DNA from: Acidimicrobiia bacterium
GTDB lineage: Bacteria; Actinomycetota; Acidimicrobiia; Spongiisociales; ZC4RG35
Assembly: GCA_965215185.1 (NCBI GenBank)
Contig: OZ244034.1
Location: 320,001 to 384,000, forward strand
Length of the DNA: 64,000 bases
Direction of reading: 5' to 3'
Shown here one piece after another: positions 30,468 to 40,742 of this stretch. The notes under the pieces were generated by a model. That model did not search any database and was not told the origin of the DNA. It was given only the letters and a program-made list of their open reading frames with translations. Positions within the stretch are counted from its first letter, which is position 1. Every line of letters begins with the position of its first letter. Both the position numbers and the translations under genes were made by a program.

Positions 30468-31499
30468 ATGTGCAGAAAACTGACGATTGGGATAATCATG
30501 CTCTCGCTGGCCCTGGCGGCCTGTGGCGGAGAGTCAGGTCCGCAGACTTTGACCATCATCAGTCACGACTCCTTTGCCGGAGGGGTGACCGAGGAGACAT
30601 TTGCCGCATTCACCGCCGAAACCGGCATTGCGGTGAAGATGGTTCCGGCGGGAGACGCCGGTTCGCTGGTCAACCAGGCGATCCTGACCAAGGACAATCC
30701 CTTGGCGGATGTTCTCGTCGGCGTGGACGACACCTTCCTGTCCAGGGCCCTGGATGCCGACATCTTCCGTCCTCACCGTTCCTCCTTGCTGGACAAGACG
30801 CCTGAGAACATCCGGCTTGACTCCGAATACCGAGTGACGCCCGTCGATTTCGGGGATGTATGCCTGAACTACGACCGGGATGTAATCGGGGATGCCGAGG
30901 CGCCCCGCAGCTTGGATGATTTGACCACCGCTGCGTTTCGCGGGCAGTTGGTGGTGGAGAGTCCGGCCACCTCGTCTCCGGGGTTGGCCTTTCTTCTGAC
31001 CACCATCGCCGTCTACGGGGAAGAGGGCTGGAAGGATTACTGGCAAGCCTTGGTCGACAACGAAGTGGAAGTGGTGTCTGATTGGGACACGGCCTATTAC
31101 GCTTCCTTTACCCGATACGGCGGTGACCGGCCCCTGGTGGTCTCCTATGCGTCGTCACCTCCGGCCGAGGTCATTTACGCCGATCCTCCCACCGATGTGG
31201 CGCCCACCGGTGTGGTGGTGGAGGGCTGCTATCGACAGATCGAGTTCGCTGGGATCCTGGAGGGGACCGATTATCCTACCGCCGCCGGGGAATTGATCGA
31301 CTTTCTGCTGTCGGTGGAGTTTCAGGAGCAGATCCCTCTTACCTGGTTTGTCTTCCCAGCTAACACCGAGGCTTCCCTGCCGCCCGAGTTTGTGGAGCAC
31401 ACCGCCCTGCCTGATCAGCCCTCTTCGCTGGATCCGGCGCTCATCGACGCCAATCGGGAGCGGTGGATACAGGAATGGACCCAACTGGTGCTGGGATGA
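30468..31499 (+). CDS. thiB: Thiamine ABC transporter substrate-binding lipoprotein
   Basis: Lipobox LAAC, HDSF, TSSPGLAF, SYASSP, RQIE; downstream of a TPP riboswitch. Confidence 0.9.
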   Translation: MCRKLTIGIIMLSLALAACGGESGPQTLTIISHDSFAGGVTEETFAAFTAETGIAVKMVPAGDAGSLVNQAILTKDNPLADVLVGVDDTFLSRALDADIFRPHRSSLLDKTPENIRLDSEYRVTPVDFGDVCLNYDRDVIGDAEAPRSLDDLTTAAFRGQLVVESPATSSPGLAFLLTTIAVYGEEGWKDYWQALVDNEVEVVSDWDTAYYASFTRYGGDRPLVVSYASSPPAEVIYADPPTDVAPTGVVVEGCYRQIEFAGILEGTDYPTAAGELIDFLLSVEFQEQIPLTWFVFPANTEASLPPEFVEHTALPDQPSSLDPALIDANRERWIQEWTQLVLG

Positions 31500-31603
31500 G
31501 GCGTCGGCGGGTCTTGAGTTTATTGGGTACGGCCAGAGCCGAATAGGACCTAGACGGTGCGACGGATGCCGCCCGGTATGGTGACCCTGCGGGTGAGGGA
31601 CCT

Positions 31604-33166
31604 GTGAGCTATAGGTGGTTAACCGGGGGGGTGGCGGCGGTCTTTTTGGGCTACCTTTTCCTGTACCCCATGGCCCGAATCTTTGGGTTGTCGCTGGGAG
31701 AGGAGGGCGCTTTCGGGGCGTTCGGGCAGGTGCTGGTCAACCCCGGCCTGAGAAGCGCTCTCTGGTTTTCGATATGGCAGTCGGCCGCTTCGGTGGCCCT
31801 CACCCTGGTGATGGCAGCTCCGATCACGTGGGCGATTTCCCGATTCCAGTTCCCGGGTCGCTCCCTGGCCAGAGCACTGGTAACAGCTCCCTTTGTGCTG
31901 CCCACTGTGGTGGTGGGATCGGCCTTCTTGGCGCTGGGTGTCGAGGGGAGCGTCTGGGCGATCCTGGCTGCCCATGTCTTCTACAACCTGGCAGTGGTGG
32001 TGCGGACCGTGGGAGGGGTGTGGGCTCGGATCGACCGGTCCCTGTTCGAAGCGGCGCGAACGCTGGGAGCCGGTCCTCGACAGGTCTTCTGGCGACTTAC
32101 CCTCCCCCTGCTGCGTCCCGCGTTGGCCGCTTCGGCCGCCATCGTCTTTTTGTTCACCTTCACCTCTTTTGGGGTGGTGCTGATTCTGGGCGGCCTTCGC
32201 TACCGGACGTTGGAGGTGGAGATCTGGCAGCAAACGGTGGTGTTTCTGAATCTTCCCGTCGCCGCCGCTTTGGCCATTGTCCAACTGGTGGGGGTGACCG
32301 CGGTGCTGGCCTGGTATTCCCGATACCAGGAGCGCAAGTCGGTGGGGTTGGAATTGGCCGCAGAGAGCCGGAACCTTCGCAGGCCCTCCACCTCTGGTGA
32401 GAGACTGGGGGTGGCGGCGGCGGTGTTGGGCACGCTGGGGGCCATCTCTATTCCGCTGGTGATGCTGGTGGCGCGATCGCTGCGGGGAGGTGGGGCGGGT
32501 TGGCGTTTCTTGGCGGATCCGGGTGAGCTGGCAGTCACACCTGGTAGGGCGATGGCCAACTCGCTGTGGTATGCCCTGGCCACCGGGGTGATTGCGGTGA
32601 CGGTGGGACTGTGCGCTTCGACGGTAATCGTCTCCGGCAAAGGCCGTCCGGCCCGATGGTTTGATGTGGTGTTGATGCTGCCGCTGGGCGCCTCGGCCGT
32701 GACCGTGGGATTCGGGATGTTGGTGGCCCTGGATTGGCCGGTCGACCTGCGGGCCACGGTAGTGCTCGTGCCGCTGGCGCACGCTTTGGTGGCCACCCCC
32801 TTTGTGGTGCGCACGGTTACCCCGATGCTGCGCTCGGTCGGCGCAGGGCTACGGGAGGCCGCCTCGGTGTTGGGCGCCTCACCGTGGCGAGTTTTTCGGG
32901 AGATTGATCTGCCCATAGCGGCCCGGGCGGCGGCGGTGGGGGCCGGTTTTGCCGCAGCGGTTTCCCTGGGCGAATTCGGAGCCACCTCCTTTATTGCCCG
33001 GCCCGACACGATCACGGTTCCCGCTCTCATCTTCAGGCTGCTGGGACGTCCGGGAGCGGTCAGCTACACGGGCGCCATGGCCATGGCAGTAGTGCTGGCG
33101 GCCATGGTGACGTTTCTGATCATGGCGGTTGATCGGGTCCGGCTGGGAGATCTGGGGAGCTTTTAA
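31604..33166 (+). CDS. thiP: Thiamine ABC transporter permease
   Basis: Two EAA loops, TLEVEI, SLGEFGAT; follows thiB. Confidence 0.85.
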   Translation: MSYRWLTGGVAAVFLGYLFLYPMARIFGLSLGEEGAFGAFGQVLVNPGLRSALWFSIWQSAASVALTLVMAAPITWAISRFQFPGRSLARALVTAPFVLPTVVVGSAFLALGVEGSVWAILAAHVFYNLAVVVRTVGGVWARIDRSLFEAARTLGAGPRQVFWRLTLPLLRPALAASAAIVFLFTFTSFGVVLILGGLRYRTLEVEIWQQTVVFLNLPVAAALAIVQLVGVTAVLAWYSRYQERKSVGLELAAESRNLRRPSTSGERLGVAAAVLGTLGAISIPLVMLVARSLRGGGAGWRFLADPGELAVTPGRAMANSLWYALATGVIAVTVGLCASTVIVSGKGRPARWFDVVLMLPLGASAVTVGFGMLVALDWPVDLRATVVLVPLAHALVATPFVVRTVTPMLRSVGAGLREAASVLGASPWRVFREIDLPIAARAAAVGAGFAAAVSLGEFGATSFIARPDTITVPALIFRLLGRPGAVSYTGAMAMAVVLAAMVTFLIMAVDRVRLGDLGSF

Positions 33167-33214
33167 ACAGCAGGCCCAGGCCTGCAAGGCCTATTAGGAC
33201 GCCTTCTTCGGTTT

Positions 33215-33253
33215 CTCATCCAATCTTCAGGCCTGTTTCAGGAAAGGTTCAGG
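33215..33253 (+). promoter_or_regulatory. Candidate OmpR/MprA-type response regulator box
   Basis: TTCAGG at 33226, 33237, 33248 (plus CTCATC at 33215) with exact 11-bp period upstream of a secreted-protein gene. Confidence 0.5.
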
Positions 33254-33305
33254 TTTGATGAAACAGATTGTTAGTGCATAGCCCACTGCAGAAAGGAGAA
33301 GGTGC

Positions 33306-33761
33306 ATGCGTAAAGCAATCTTTGCGGGGGCGGTGGTTCTGCTGCTCGGCATTGGATCTGTGGCGTTGGCGCATCCTGGAAATGGTCTGTCCGAAGATGG
33401 AGACGCCGCCCATCGAGGCAGCTTCCTGGAAGAGGTCCTGACCGATCTGGTGTCCGACGGCACTATCACCCTAGACCAGCTTGACGCCATCACCGCCGCC
33501 CTGCAAGAAAAGAGGGAGGTGATAGCGGCGACGAGGCAAGAGGCAAAAGAGCAACTCGAGTCCTTCTGGGAGGACGACGTGCTGACCGAAGATGAAATCA
33601 ACCAGCTTGCCTTTGCGGATCGCATTCTCGAAATGGATGGCGTTTCCGACGCTCTTGCGGATGGACAGATCACCCGCCAGGAAATGGAGGACCTCCGCCC
33701 TGAGGTAAGAAGCGGTCACGGGCGAAGGGGGTTACGAGGTCACGGGGGTGGACGCCGCTAA
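33306..33761 (+). CDS. Hypothetical secreted protein
   Basis: Signal peptide ending VALA, AGGAG RBS, repeated DG-IT motifs, Gly/Arg/His tail. Confidence 0.75.
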   Translation: MRKAIFAGAVVLLLGIGSVALAHPGNGLSEDGDAAHRGSFLEEVLTDLVSDGTITLDQLDAITAALQEKREVIAATRQEAKEQLESFWEDDVLTEDEINQLAFADRILEMDGVSDALADGQITRQEMEDLRPEVRSGHGRRGLRGHGGGRR

Positions 33762-33794
33762 GCAATTCAATCCCCTTCCCGCCGCTTGATCGGT

Positions 33795-33828
33795 GAACGG
33801 GCCCTGGGACTATCCCCGGGGCCCGTTT
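33795..33828. terminator. Hairpin between convergent genes
   Basis: GAACGGGCCCTGGG..CCCGGGGCCCGTTT inverted repeat. Confidence 0.6.
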
Positions 33829-33881
33829 CCGCTTTAAGGTCGCAGGAGCGGGAGCAAAAGTCCGGCTGATCTGGCCGTCCC

Positions 33882-34720
33882 TTATGCTCGCTCGACCGGA
33901 AGGCTGAAACCCACTTCGGCGCCAACGCCGGCGCGATTGCGGGCGAAAACCGTTCCCCCGTGGGCAGTTATCAGATGTTCCACGATCGCCAGTCCCAGAC
34001 CGGAGCCGGGGGTGGAGTGGGCTTGGCGGGACCGGTAAAAGCGCAGGAAGATGTGGGGAAGGTCATCCTCGGGAATGCCGGCGCCGTCATCTGAGACCGT
34101 CACCCTCCCACCCTCCAGGTTGATCTCCACTGTCGGAGCGGCCCACTTGACGGCGTTCTCGACCAGGTTGCCCAAGGCCCTTTCCAGCTGGGACCGCCGT
34201 CCCCTCACTGACGAACCCTCTCCGGAAACCTCCACTTCCTTGGCGCCCATCCGGCGGAACCGGAGGGCCACATCGGAGGCCAGTTCATTGAGATATATGT
34301 TGGTGAGATCCTCGTCGTGGTGTTGTACGTCGGTGGCCAGATCTACCAGTTCGGTCGTCAACCCCGCCAACTGGTTCGATTGGGTCAGGGCAGCCTCCAG
34401 CAATTCGCGGCGTTGAGCGTCGGCGAGCCCCCGGTCTTGGCGGAGCAGAGTCTCCAGGTTGGTCTTGACAGCGGTGATCGGGGTACGGAATTCATGACCT
34501 GCGTCGGCGACAAGTCGCTGCTGTTCCCGTCTTGAGGCCGCCAGTGAGGCGACCATCGAAGAGAAGGCGCCGGCCAGCCGTCTCCGATTTCCGCAGGCGC
34601 CTCCAAGTCGAGATGCTCTCCCGCGTCCAGCCTCTCCGTGGTGGCAATCTGTTCCGCAGCTTCCGTAAGGTCACTGACCGGTCGGACCGCCCTCGAGGCT
34701 AGTACCCAGCCTGTACCCAA
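33882..34720 (-). pseudogene. MprB-like sensor histidine kinase, 5'-truncated and frameshifted
   Basis: H-box ADAGHEFRTP, NLVENA, GSGLGL; HAMP part (34560-34720) is in another frame; N-terminus absent at the island boundary. Confidence 0.8.
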
Positions 34721-34735
34721 CTGAGACCTACACCC

Positions 34736-34824
34736 ATCGGTTTCCCGTCGTGCCTCCTGAACGAGATTGTTTCGATCAAAATGTGACCGGGCCGTCGCCT
34801 ATCGGTTTCCCGTCGTGCCTCCTG
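34736..34824. repeat. 24-bp perfect direct repeat, two copies
   Basis: ATCGGTTTCCCGTCGTGCCTCCTG at 34736-34759 and 34801-34824, separated by 41 bp. Confidence 0.85.
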
Positions 34825-35006
34825 GATCTCACGCGCCGACGAAGGCAGCAGTGGAGTCCATTCTTGTGGTGTACGGGGGCCTGGTGGGGTTCAATGGGTT
34901 CGATCCTCAACGAAATCCCCTGTGACATGGTGCGGTAGCCAATCTAACTCCTCCCCAGACAAGATTTACCTTGGCCAGCCTCGACAACGTGAAGCTTCTC
35001 CTCCAA

Positions 35007-35963
35007 TCACTGGATATCGCCGGTGAGAGCCTGCCTGGGATTCGTTATAAGAATCGTAGAGACAGTTTCATCAGAGACGCCTTGCTTACGCAACTGAGGA
35101 ACGATTCTGGTCAGAAGATAATCATAACCATTACCGCCTCTAGCCCGCAGAGAGCTCCGAAAACAGACATCTTGTGATAGCAGAATATGCCTAGTAAAAC
35201 CTTTGTCGATCAAGGACACTACATACTCAAGAGCCCTGATATCATCAAACGAAGAAGCCGCGGTTCCAAAGTGATCAAAGGAGACGAAGGCACCTCGGCG
35301 TACCAACGATTCGTGATAGTCAATCACATCATTTGACGACATCCAACCGGCATCTGACACCGAATCGCAGTGACCGATGATGACGCGACACGGACTCACT
35401 CCTTCCTCTTCAAGGAGATCAAGTTGCACATGGCCCACCGGCCAGCGGGCGGCGTGCGTGCTTATGGTTACCCCGGTTCGACGGTGAGCGCGGGCAGCTG
35501 CCCTGAACACGCGTTCTTCATGAGCTGTCAGGAATGCGTCACAACCTATCTCACCAATGATTCCCGCACGTATTCCTGTACCGTCAATGCCGACCTCTAT
35601 TTCGTCCACCATCCAGCGAGCGAGCTGATCTACGCTGTTCTGGTCAACCCATTCACTGTCCAGGTAGGGGTGCCTATAAAGCCCGGTTCCCACAACGATG
35701 TTCAAGCCCGTCGCTTCACTGACCTGCTGGACCTGCTGTGGTTGACGGCCCATCCCTCGGAGAGTGAGATCCACAAGGCTTTGACCCCCGGCACTCTTGA
35801 AGCGGCTTAACTCCTCCACAGCTAGAGCACCGTCATTCAGCCAACCATCACCACGATACTCAGAAATCAAAGTGCAGAACACGTGCTCATGCATCAATGT
35901 CACTCCAAGATCGTCTGGTGATATCTCACCGAGCACCGTCGTAATATGCTGCCTGCTATTCAT
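35007..35963 (-). CDS. Phosphotriesterase-related amidohydrolase (PTE/Php family)
   Basis: LGVTLMHEH, GIIGEIG, ISTH, IGHCD, LLSQD. Confidence 0.9.
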   Translation of the reverse strand: MNSRQHITTVLGEISPDDLGVTLMHEHVFCTLISEYRGDGWLNDGALAVEELSRFKSAGGQSLVDLTLRGMGRQPQQVQQVSEATGLNIVVGTGLYRHPYLDSEWVDQNSVDQLARWMVDEIEVGIDGTGIRAGIIGEIGCDAFLTAHEERVFRAAARAHRRTGVTISTHAARWPVGHVQLDLLEEEGVSPCRVIIGHCDSVSDAGWMSSNDVIDYHESLVRRGAFVSFDHFGTAASSFDDIRALEYVVSLIDKGFTRHILLSQDVCFRSSLRARGGNGYDYLLTRIVPQLRKQGVSDETVSTILITNPRQALTGDIQ

Positions 35964-36204
35964 GGGTCTGGGGTTACAGCATGAAACCACGGGGTTGAAT
36001 CACCAGGCACGTGCTTCTCGCTGGATCCAATTTCATTAGGCCAGTCCAAGCTCATTTGCCATTGTTGTATACCAAGCACCCAGAATGGTGTATTCGTGCT
36101 CCAAGGTGAACGCCCTGCGGGTTCACCTTGGAGCACTGTATCGAGCAGCCTGTTTCTGTGAATGGACCTGTCGCTCTGTTGAGATATCATGCCATCGACT
36201 TCGT

Positions 36205-37785
36205 TCATACGTCGGCACCAGAAGATCTATCATTAGCAGCCTTTTCTACCTCAAACGCAGCGTTAAACAACAGATCTTCATCGAAACGCCTACCGATGAT
36301 TTGTAACCCGATAGGTAAGCCATTGTCACCCGTACCACACGGTACCGTTATTGCAGGATGTCCCGTCAAGTTCGCAGGACATGTATTGAGATTATTGCGG
36401 AACAGGCCACGTTGCTTCGCCTGTCCGACTTCCGACTCCTCCAGGGTAGGAAGCCGAACAGCCTTCATCGGTGTCGTAGGAGTAACAAGCACATCGTATT
36501 CCTTGAACGTATCGTCCAGTTGCTGTGACCAAAAGTGCCGAAGATTCTGGGCCTTCGAAAAGTAGGTACTGCAATACTCTTGCTGCAGATATTTAGCAAG
36601 AATTAGATGTACGATCAGGAGGGGCGATAGAAGACGGCCTGAAGCGCGTCGTGCCTTTCCAAACAAGTTCTGCCAACCAGGATCACACATACCAGGCCGG
36701 GAATATCCTTCGAGGTCAGAATCGACCATCGCAGCAAGCGAATGAGTCATTATGGTCAGTATCACCGATTCGCATTGCTTCCACCACGGAAGGGAGATCT
36801 CTTGCACCTCCGCACCTTGATCCCTCAGTCCCTCCACAGCATCTCGGACGCTCGAGTTGACGTCCGATTCCCCGTCTAGCCAATCCATCGATTCCTTTAG
36901 AACGCCAATCCGAAGATTTCCGACGCCCTTCTCCCCAAGGCCCTGACTGTATGCCTGAGATTGGTATGGAACCCGAACAGACACTGGGCTTCGGGGATCT
37001 TCACCAGCCAACACCTCAAGTGCTAAAGCAGCATCCTTCACAGTTGACGCTATGGGACAAACATGGTCAAGCGTGTGGTCCACATAAGCGATGCCGAAGC
37101 TTGGCACCAAGCCATGTGTCGCCTTGATCGACACGACACCGCACCAAGCGGCCGGAATACGGGCGCTACCCCCCTGGTCTACTCCAAGCGCGATGTCAAC
37201 TTCCCCGGCCGCAACCGCTGCCGCGCTCCCGGACGAAGATCCTCCCGCGGAATACGCTGGATCATGAGGATTCCTCGCTGGACCAAATTCGCTGGACTCT
37301 CCTCCCGCGCCGAAGCTGAAACTATCCATGTTCAGTTTGCCCACGATTGTCCCGCCCGCATCAAGAATCCTCTCAACGACAGTCGCGTCCATGGATGGCA
37401 CATACCCGTCCATCAGCCGTGAACCGTTGGTCATCGGGACACCAGCGAGCTTAATGTTGTCTTTTAAACCAACTCGTTTCCCTAACAGCTTGCCCGATTC
37501 TGAGCCTCTCACTAAACAGCGCCGAATGTATACGTTGAACGGATCGCTCTCGTTATCGGACGGCTCGCCTATCTCACGTTCAGGATATCTGACTGGAACT
37601 GAAGGAATGTCTAGGTCATTAATTTGGTCGATTTGCGACAGTATGTTCCAGATCTGATCCATATAGGACTCGGCCTCGTTAGCGGACAAGCGAATATACT
37701 GAGAGGCCGCAAGTTCCTGTACCTCGGACAGCTCTGGACACCGCAGCCGCCCATGCAATCTATCACGATGCTCCATCTGTGTCAT
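36205..37785 (-). CDS. Amidase-signature family amidase
   Basis: KDN, GGSSSGS, DQGGSARIPA catalytic signature. Confidence 0.92.
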   Translation of the reverse strand: MTQMEHRDRLHGRLRCPELSEVQELAASQYIRLSANEAESYMDQIWNILSQIDQINDLDIPSVPVRYPEREIGEPSDNESDPFNVYIRRCLVRGSESGKLLGKRVGLKDNIKLAGVPMTNGSRLMDGYVPSMDATVVERILDAGGTIVGKLNMDSFSFGAGGESSEFGPARNPHDPAYSAGGSSSGSAAAVAAGEVDIALGVDQGGSARIPAAWCGVVSIKATHGLVPSFGIAYVDHTLDHVCPIASTVKDAALALEVLAGEDPRSPVSVRVPYQSQAYSQGLGEKGVGNLRIGVLKESMDWLDGESDVNSSVRDAVEGLRDQGAEVQEISLPWWKQCESVILTIMTHSLAAMVDSDLEGYSRPGMCDPGWQNLFGKARRASGRLLSPLLIVHLILAKYLQQEYCSTYFSKAQNLRHFWSQQLDDTFKEYDVLVTPTTPMKAVRLPTLEESEVGQAKQRGLFRNNLNTCPANLTGHPAITVPCGTGDNGLPIGLQIIGRRFDEDLLFNAAFEVEKAANDRSSGADV

Positions 37786-37887
37786 CCGACTCCTTTACAG
37801 GCGAGCTCGATAGCTAGCCGTCTTTCCGATCTTATGCTATTCACTTGTGCAACGCTGGCATGCATTTCATTATCCTTACAGCACGAA

Positions 37888-38715
37888 TCATTCGCGGTTG
37901 TCTTGCAGAGTCTCTCCAGTCTCTATGAGACCGGTTCTTTTTGGCACGTTGACTACACTAGAAAGAAGAGCTTTTGTGTAATTGGATTGTGGATTAGATA
38001 TGACGTCTCTTGTGGCTCCAGTTTCTAATATTGTCCCTCGTTGCATCACCGCTATCCGATCACTTATGAAACTGACAACGCCTATGTCATGTGCAACAAA
38101 CAAATAGGTCAAACCGAGCTCCTCTTGGAGATCCATAAGCAGATTCAAAACCTGTGCTTGGATCGAGACATCTAGAGACGAAACGGGCTCATCCAGGAAA
38201 ACAAACCGCGGCTCGATTACAAGGGCTCTAGCAATGCAGATTCTCTGGGCTTGCCCGCCGCTGAACTCATGAGGGTATCGGTCTGCGTCTGCGCTTTTGA
38301 GGCCAACTAGGTTCAAGACTTCGGCAACACGTTTCCGGCGATGTAGCCGGGAAAAGCCGAAGTTGATCAGTGGTAACTCGATTGACTGCCCAACGGTCTT
38401 GACGGGATTCAACGCCTCCAATGGATTCTGCGAAACCATCTGAATCTCTCTTCGGAGTGGCCTCAATGCCTTTTCAGAGACTCCCGTGATCGACTGGCCT
38501 CTGTATCTGATCTCGCCGGAGGTTGGTCTGACTAGTCCCATGATCATCAGTCCTAAGGTGGTCTTCCCGCCACCCGACTGCCCGACGAGACCGAACGTTT
38601 CGCCTCGCAGTATTTGAAGATTGGCGTTCTCGACTGCGACAAATGTGCGGCCTTTGTACCCTTGGAACTCCTTCGATACGTCAATTACCTGAAGGAGAAA
38701 CGAGTGCTCACTCAT
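37888..38715 (-). CDS. Peptide/nickel-type ABC ATPase (DppF-like)
   Basis: GQSGGGKT, FSGGQAQR, DEPVSSLD. Confidence 0.9.
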   Translation of the reverse strand: MSEHSFLLQVIDVSKEFQGYKGRTFVAVENANLQILRGETFGLVGQSGGGKTTLGLMIMGLVRPTSGEIRYRGQSITGVSEKALRPLRREIQMVSQNPLEALNPVKTVGQSIELPLINFGFSRLHRRKRVAEVLNLVGLKSADADRYPHEFSGGQAQRICIARALVIEPRFVFLDEPVSSLDVSIQAQVLNLLMDLQEELGLTYLFVAHDIGVVSFISDRIAVMQRGTILETGATRDVISNPQSNYTKALLSSVVNVPKRTGLIETGETLQDNRE

Positions 38716-39764
38716 GTCGGTGAACCCGTTTCAAAGAGCCAACACTTCACTAGTGTGTCATCGGCTAGTCTAAATTCTGGAGGCGAGGATTGAAAACATC
38801 TCTCCATGGCATGTGGGCATCTCGGAGCGAATCTGCAACCTCGAGGGAGATTCTGAGGATCGGGTAGGCTTCCCTGAATTTGAGGGAGCCGCTTTCCCTT
38901 AGTTTCTAGGTCAGGAACGGAATCTCTAAGTCCGATTGTGTATGGGTGTTTCGGAGAGGTGAGAATCTCGCCAGTTGATGCCTGTTCCACTCGCTGGCCC
39001 ATGTACATCACGACCACTCGATCAGATACCTGAGCTACGACACCGAGATCATGGCTTATTAGAAGAACCGACATTCCCGTTTCACGCTGTACCTGATCAA
39101 TGAGCTCGAGTATCTCGACTTGAGTGAGAGAATCAAGCATCGTCGTTGGCTCGTCAGCTATCAATAGTTGCGGCTCACCTATCAATGCAAGCGCGAGCAT
39201 GATGCGTTGATTGATACCTCCGCTTACCTGAAAAGGGCGCAAACTAACAATCCGCTCCGGGTCCTCAAGATCAAGGTACGATAGTAGTTCAAGGCTCAAC
39301 TCCCGACCCTCGTCTTTAGTCACTGCTCGGTGCTTCCTAGCTGTCTCGATGAGCTGATCTCCAAGGCGAATTACCGGATTTAATGCGGCGTAAGGATTTT
39401 GAAAGATCATCGCGATCTGTTTGCCTCGAATCTCTTGCATCTCTTTATTGCTCTTTTTCATCAGGTCATGTCCTTTGAACATCAGCCGACCGTCGACTAT
39501 TCGACCCTGATGCTGCGGAAGGAGCCTAAGAATGGACAATGCGGTTACGCTCTTGCCTGATCCTGACTCCCCGACAACAGCAACCACTTCGCCGCGCTCA
39601 ACCTCCAAACTCATCCCGTCAACCGCCTTCAAGACACCATTTGGTAAGAAGAAGTGCGTGTGAAGATCGTCGACCTTGAGAAGGGCCCCGCCCCCATTGT
39701 CTTCGAGCATTGATGACCTGCTCAATACGACAGAGTCCGTTGTTTCGCTTATCCGGTTGTCCAC
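38712..39764 (-). CDS. Peptide/nickel-type ABC ATPase (DppD-like)
   Basis: GESGSGKS, DEPTT, HPYT, GCRFAPRC. Confidence 0.9.
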   Translation of the reverse strand: MDNRISETTDSVVLSRSSMLEDNGGGALLKVDDLHTHFFLPNGVLKAVDGMSLEVERGEVVAVVGESGSGKSVTALSILRLLPQHQGRIVDGRLMFKGHDLMKKSNKEMQEIRGKQIAMIFQNPYAALNPVIRLGDQLIETARKHRAVTKDEGRELSLELLSYLDLEDPERIVSLRPFQVSGGINQRIMLALALIGEPQLLIADEPTTMLDSLTQVEILELIDQVQRETGMSVLLISHDLGVVAQVSDRVVVMYMGQRVEQASTGEILTSPKHPYTIGLRDSVPDLETKGKRLPQIQGSLPDPQNLPRGCRFAPRCPHAMERCFQSSPPEFRLADDTLVKCWLFETGSPT

Positions 39765-40696
39765 GTCCTCGTCCTATGTCTCGGATCGAGAGCGTCCCTG
39801 AGGCCGTCTCCTACAACGTTGAAAGCGAGTGCTACGACAATGATCAAGAATCCTGGAACGGTTGCGATATGGGGCAGTTCCTGCAGAACCACTCGTCCGC
39901 CAGCGGTCATGATTCCCCAGTCGGGAGTCGGAGGTTGAACACCAACCCCAAGAAAGCTGAGTCCAGCCGCCATGACGATCATCCCTCCCACTCCCGTCGA
40001 TGCGTAAATGATGACAGGAGGAATCACATTGGGAAGCACCTCCCGCAGTAGCTTCCTCCTTTGAGGGGTGCCAGCTACCTGCGCTGCTCTCAAGTAGTCA
40101 CTCCCGCGAACTGAAACCGCCTCGACAAACACCACGCGGGTCAAATATGGGATGGATACCACGCCGATTGCAAGCATCAGGTTCATCATGCCTGGTCTCA
40201 AGATTGTCGCTACTGCTATGGCCAGTAGCACAGGAGGGAACGCGAACATCACGTCCAGGATCCTCATCGCCAGACCACCAATCCAGCCTGCCGAAAAAGC
40301 TGCCATCAGCCCTATCGCGAGCGAGGCTGCTAACGCGCCGAGAACAGGTAGGACTGCTACTGGAATTGAAACCCGTCCCCCCCAGAGAAGCCTTGTGAAC
40401 ACATCCCGTGCCTGTCCGTCGGTTCCTAAGAAATGGCCCGGGGTTCCCAAAGGGGCATAACGCCCGACTTCTCTATGAGCTTCATTTGGGCCGTAGGGGG
40501 TTAGGAGATCGGCCCCGAACGAAGCAGCCACAACAACAACAATGAGGATTAGGCCGGTAAGTGCAAGCCGGTCACGAGCGAACGTCCGGATAATGAGTCT
40601 GAACTGTCCGGTTTGCGTTGTCGTGAGCGGATCAGTCTGCCGGGTCCCTTTGTCTCGAGCTACCGCTCCTTCCAGCACATCTCCCTCTTTTCTCAT
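39749..40696 (-). CDS. Peptide-type ABC permease (DppC-like)
   Basis: LGTDGQARD, LSFLGVG, PDWG, GDGLRDALDP. Confidence 0.9.
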   Translation of the reverse strand: MRKEGDVLEGAVARDKGTRQTDPLTTTQTGQFRLIIRTFARDRLALTGLILIVVVVAASFGADLLTPYGPNEAHREVGRYAPLGTPGHFLGTDGQARDVFTRLLWGGRVSIPVAVLPVLGALAASLAIGLMAAFSAGWIGGLAMRILDVMFAFPPVLLAIAVATILRPGMMNLMLAIGVVSIPYLTRVVFVEAVSVRGSDYLRAAQVAGTPQRRKLLREVLPNVIPPVIIYASTGVGGMIVMAAGLSFLGVGVQPPTPDWGIMTAGGRVVLQELPHIATVPGFLIIVVALAFNVVGDGLRDALDPRHRTRTWTTG

Positions 40697-40742
40697 TGCT
40701 CTTGGCCGAATTCAGGCTCAACGGGTTCTGAAACTGATAGCT

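Noticed and set aside
34701-34720. GTACCCA direct repeat as integrase arm sites
   Set aside because: Explained by the kinase coding sequence (LGTGWVL) on the minus strand
34736-34824. CRISPR mini-array
   Set aside because: Only two repeats, no palindrome, no AT-rich leader, no cas genes in the window
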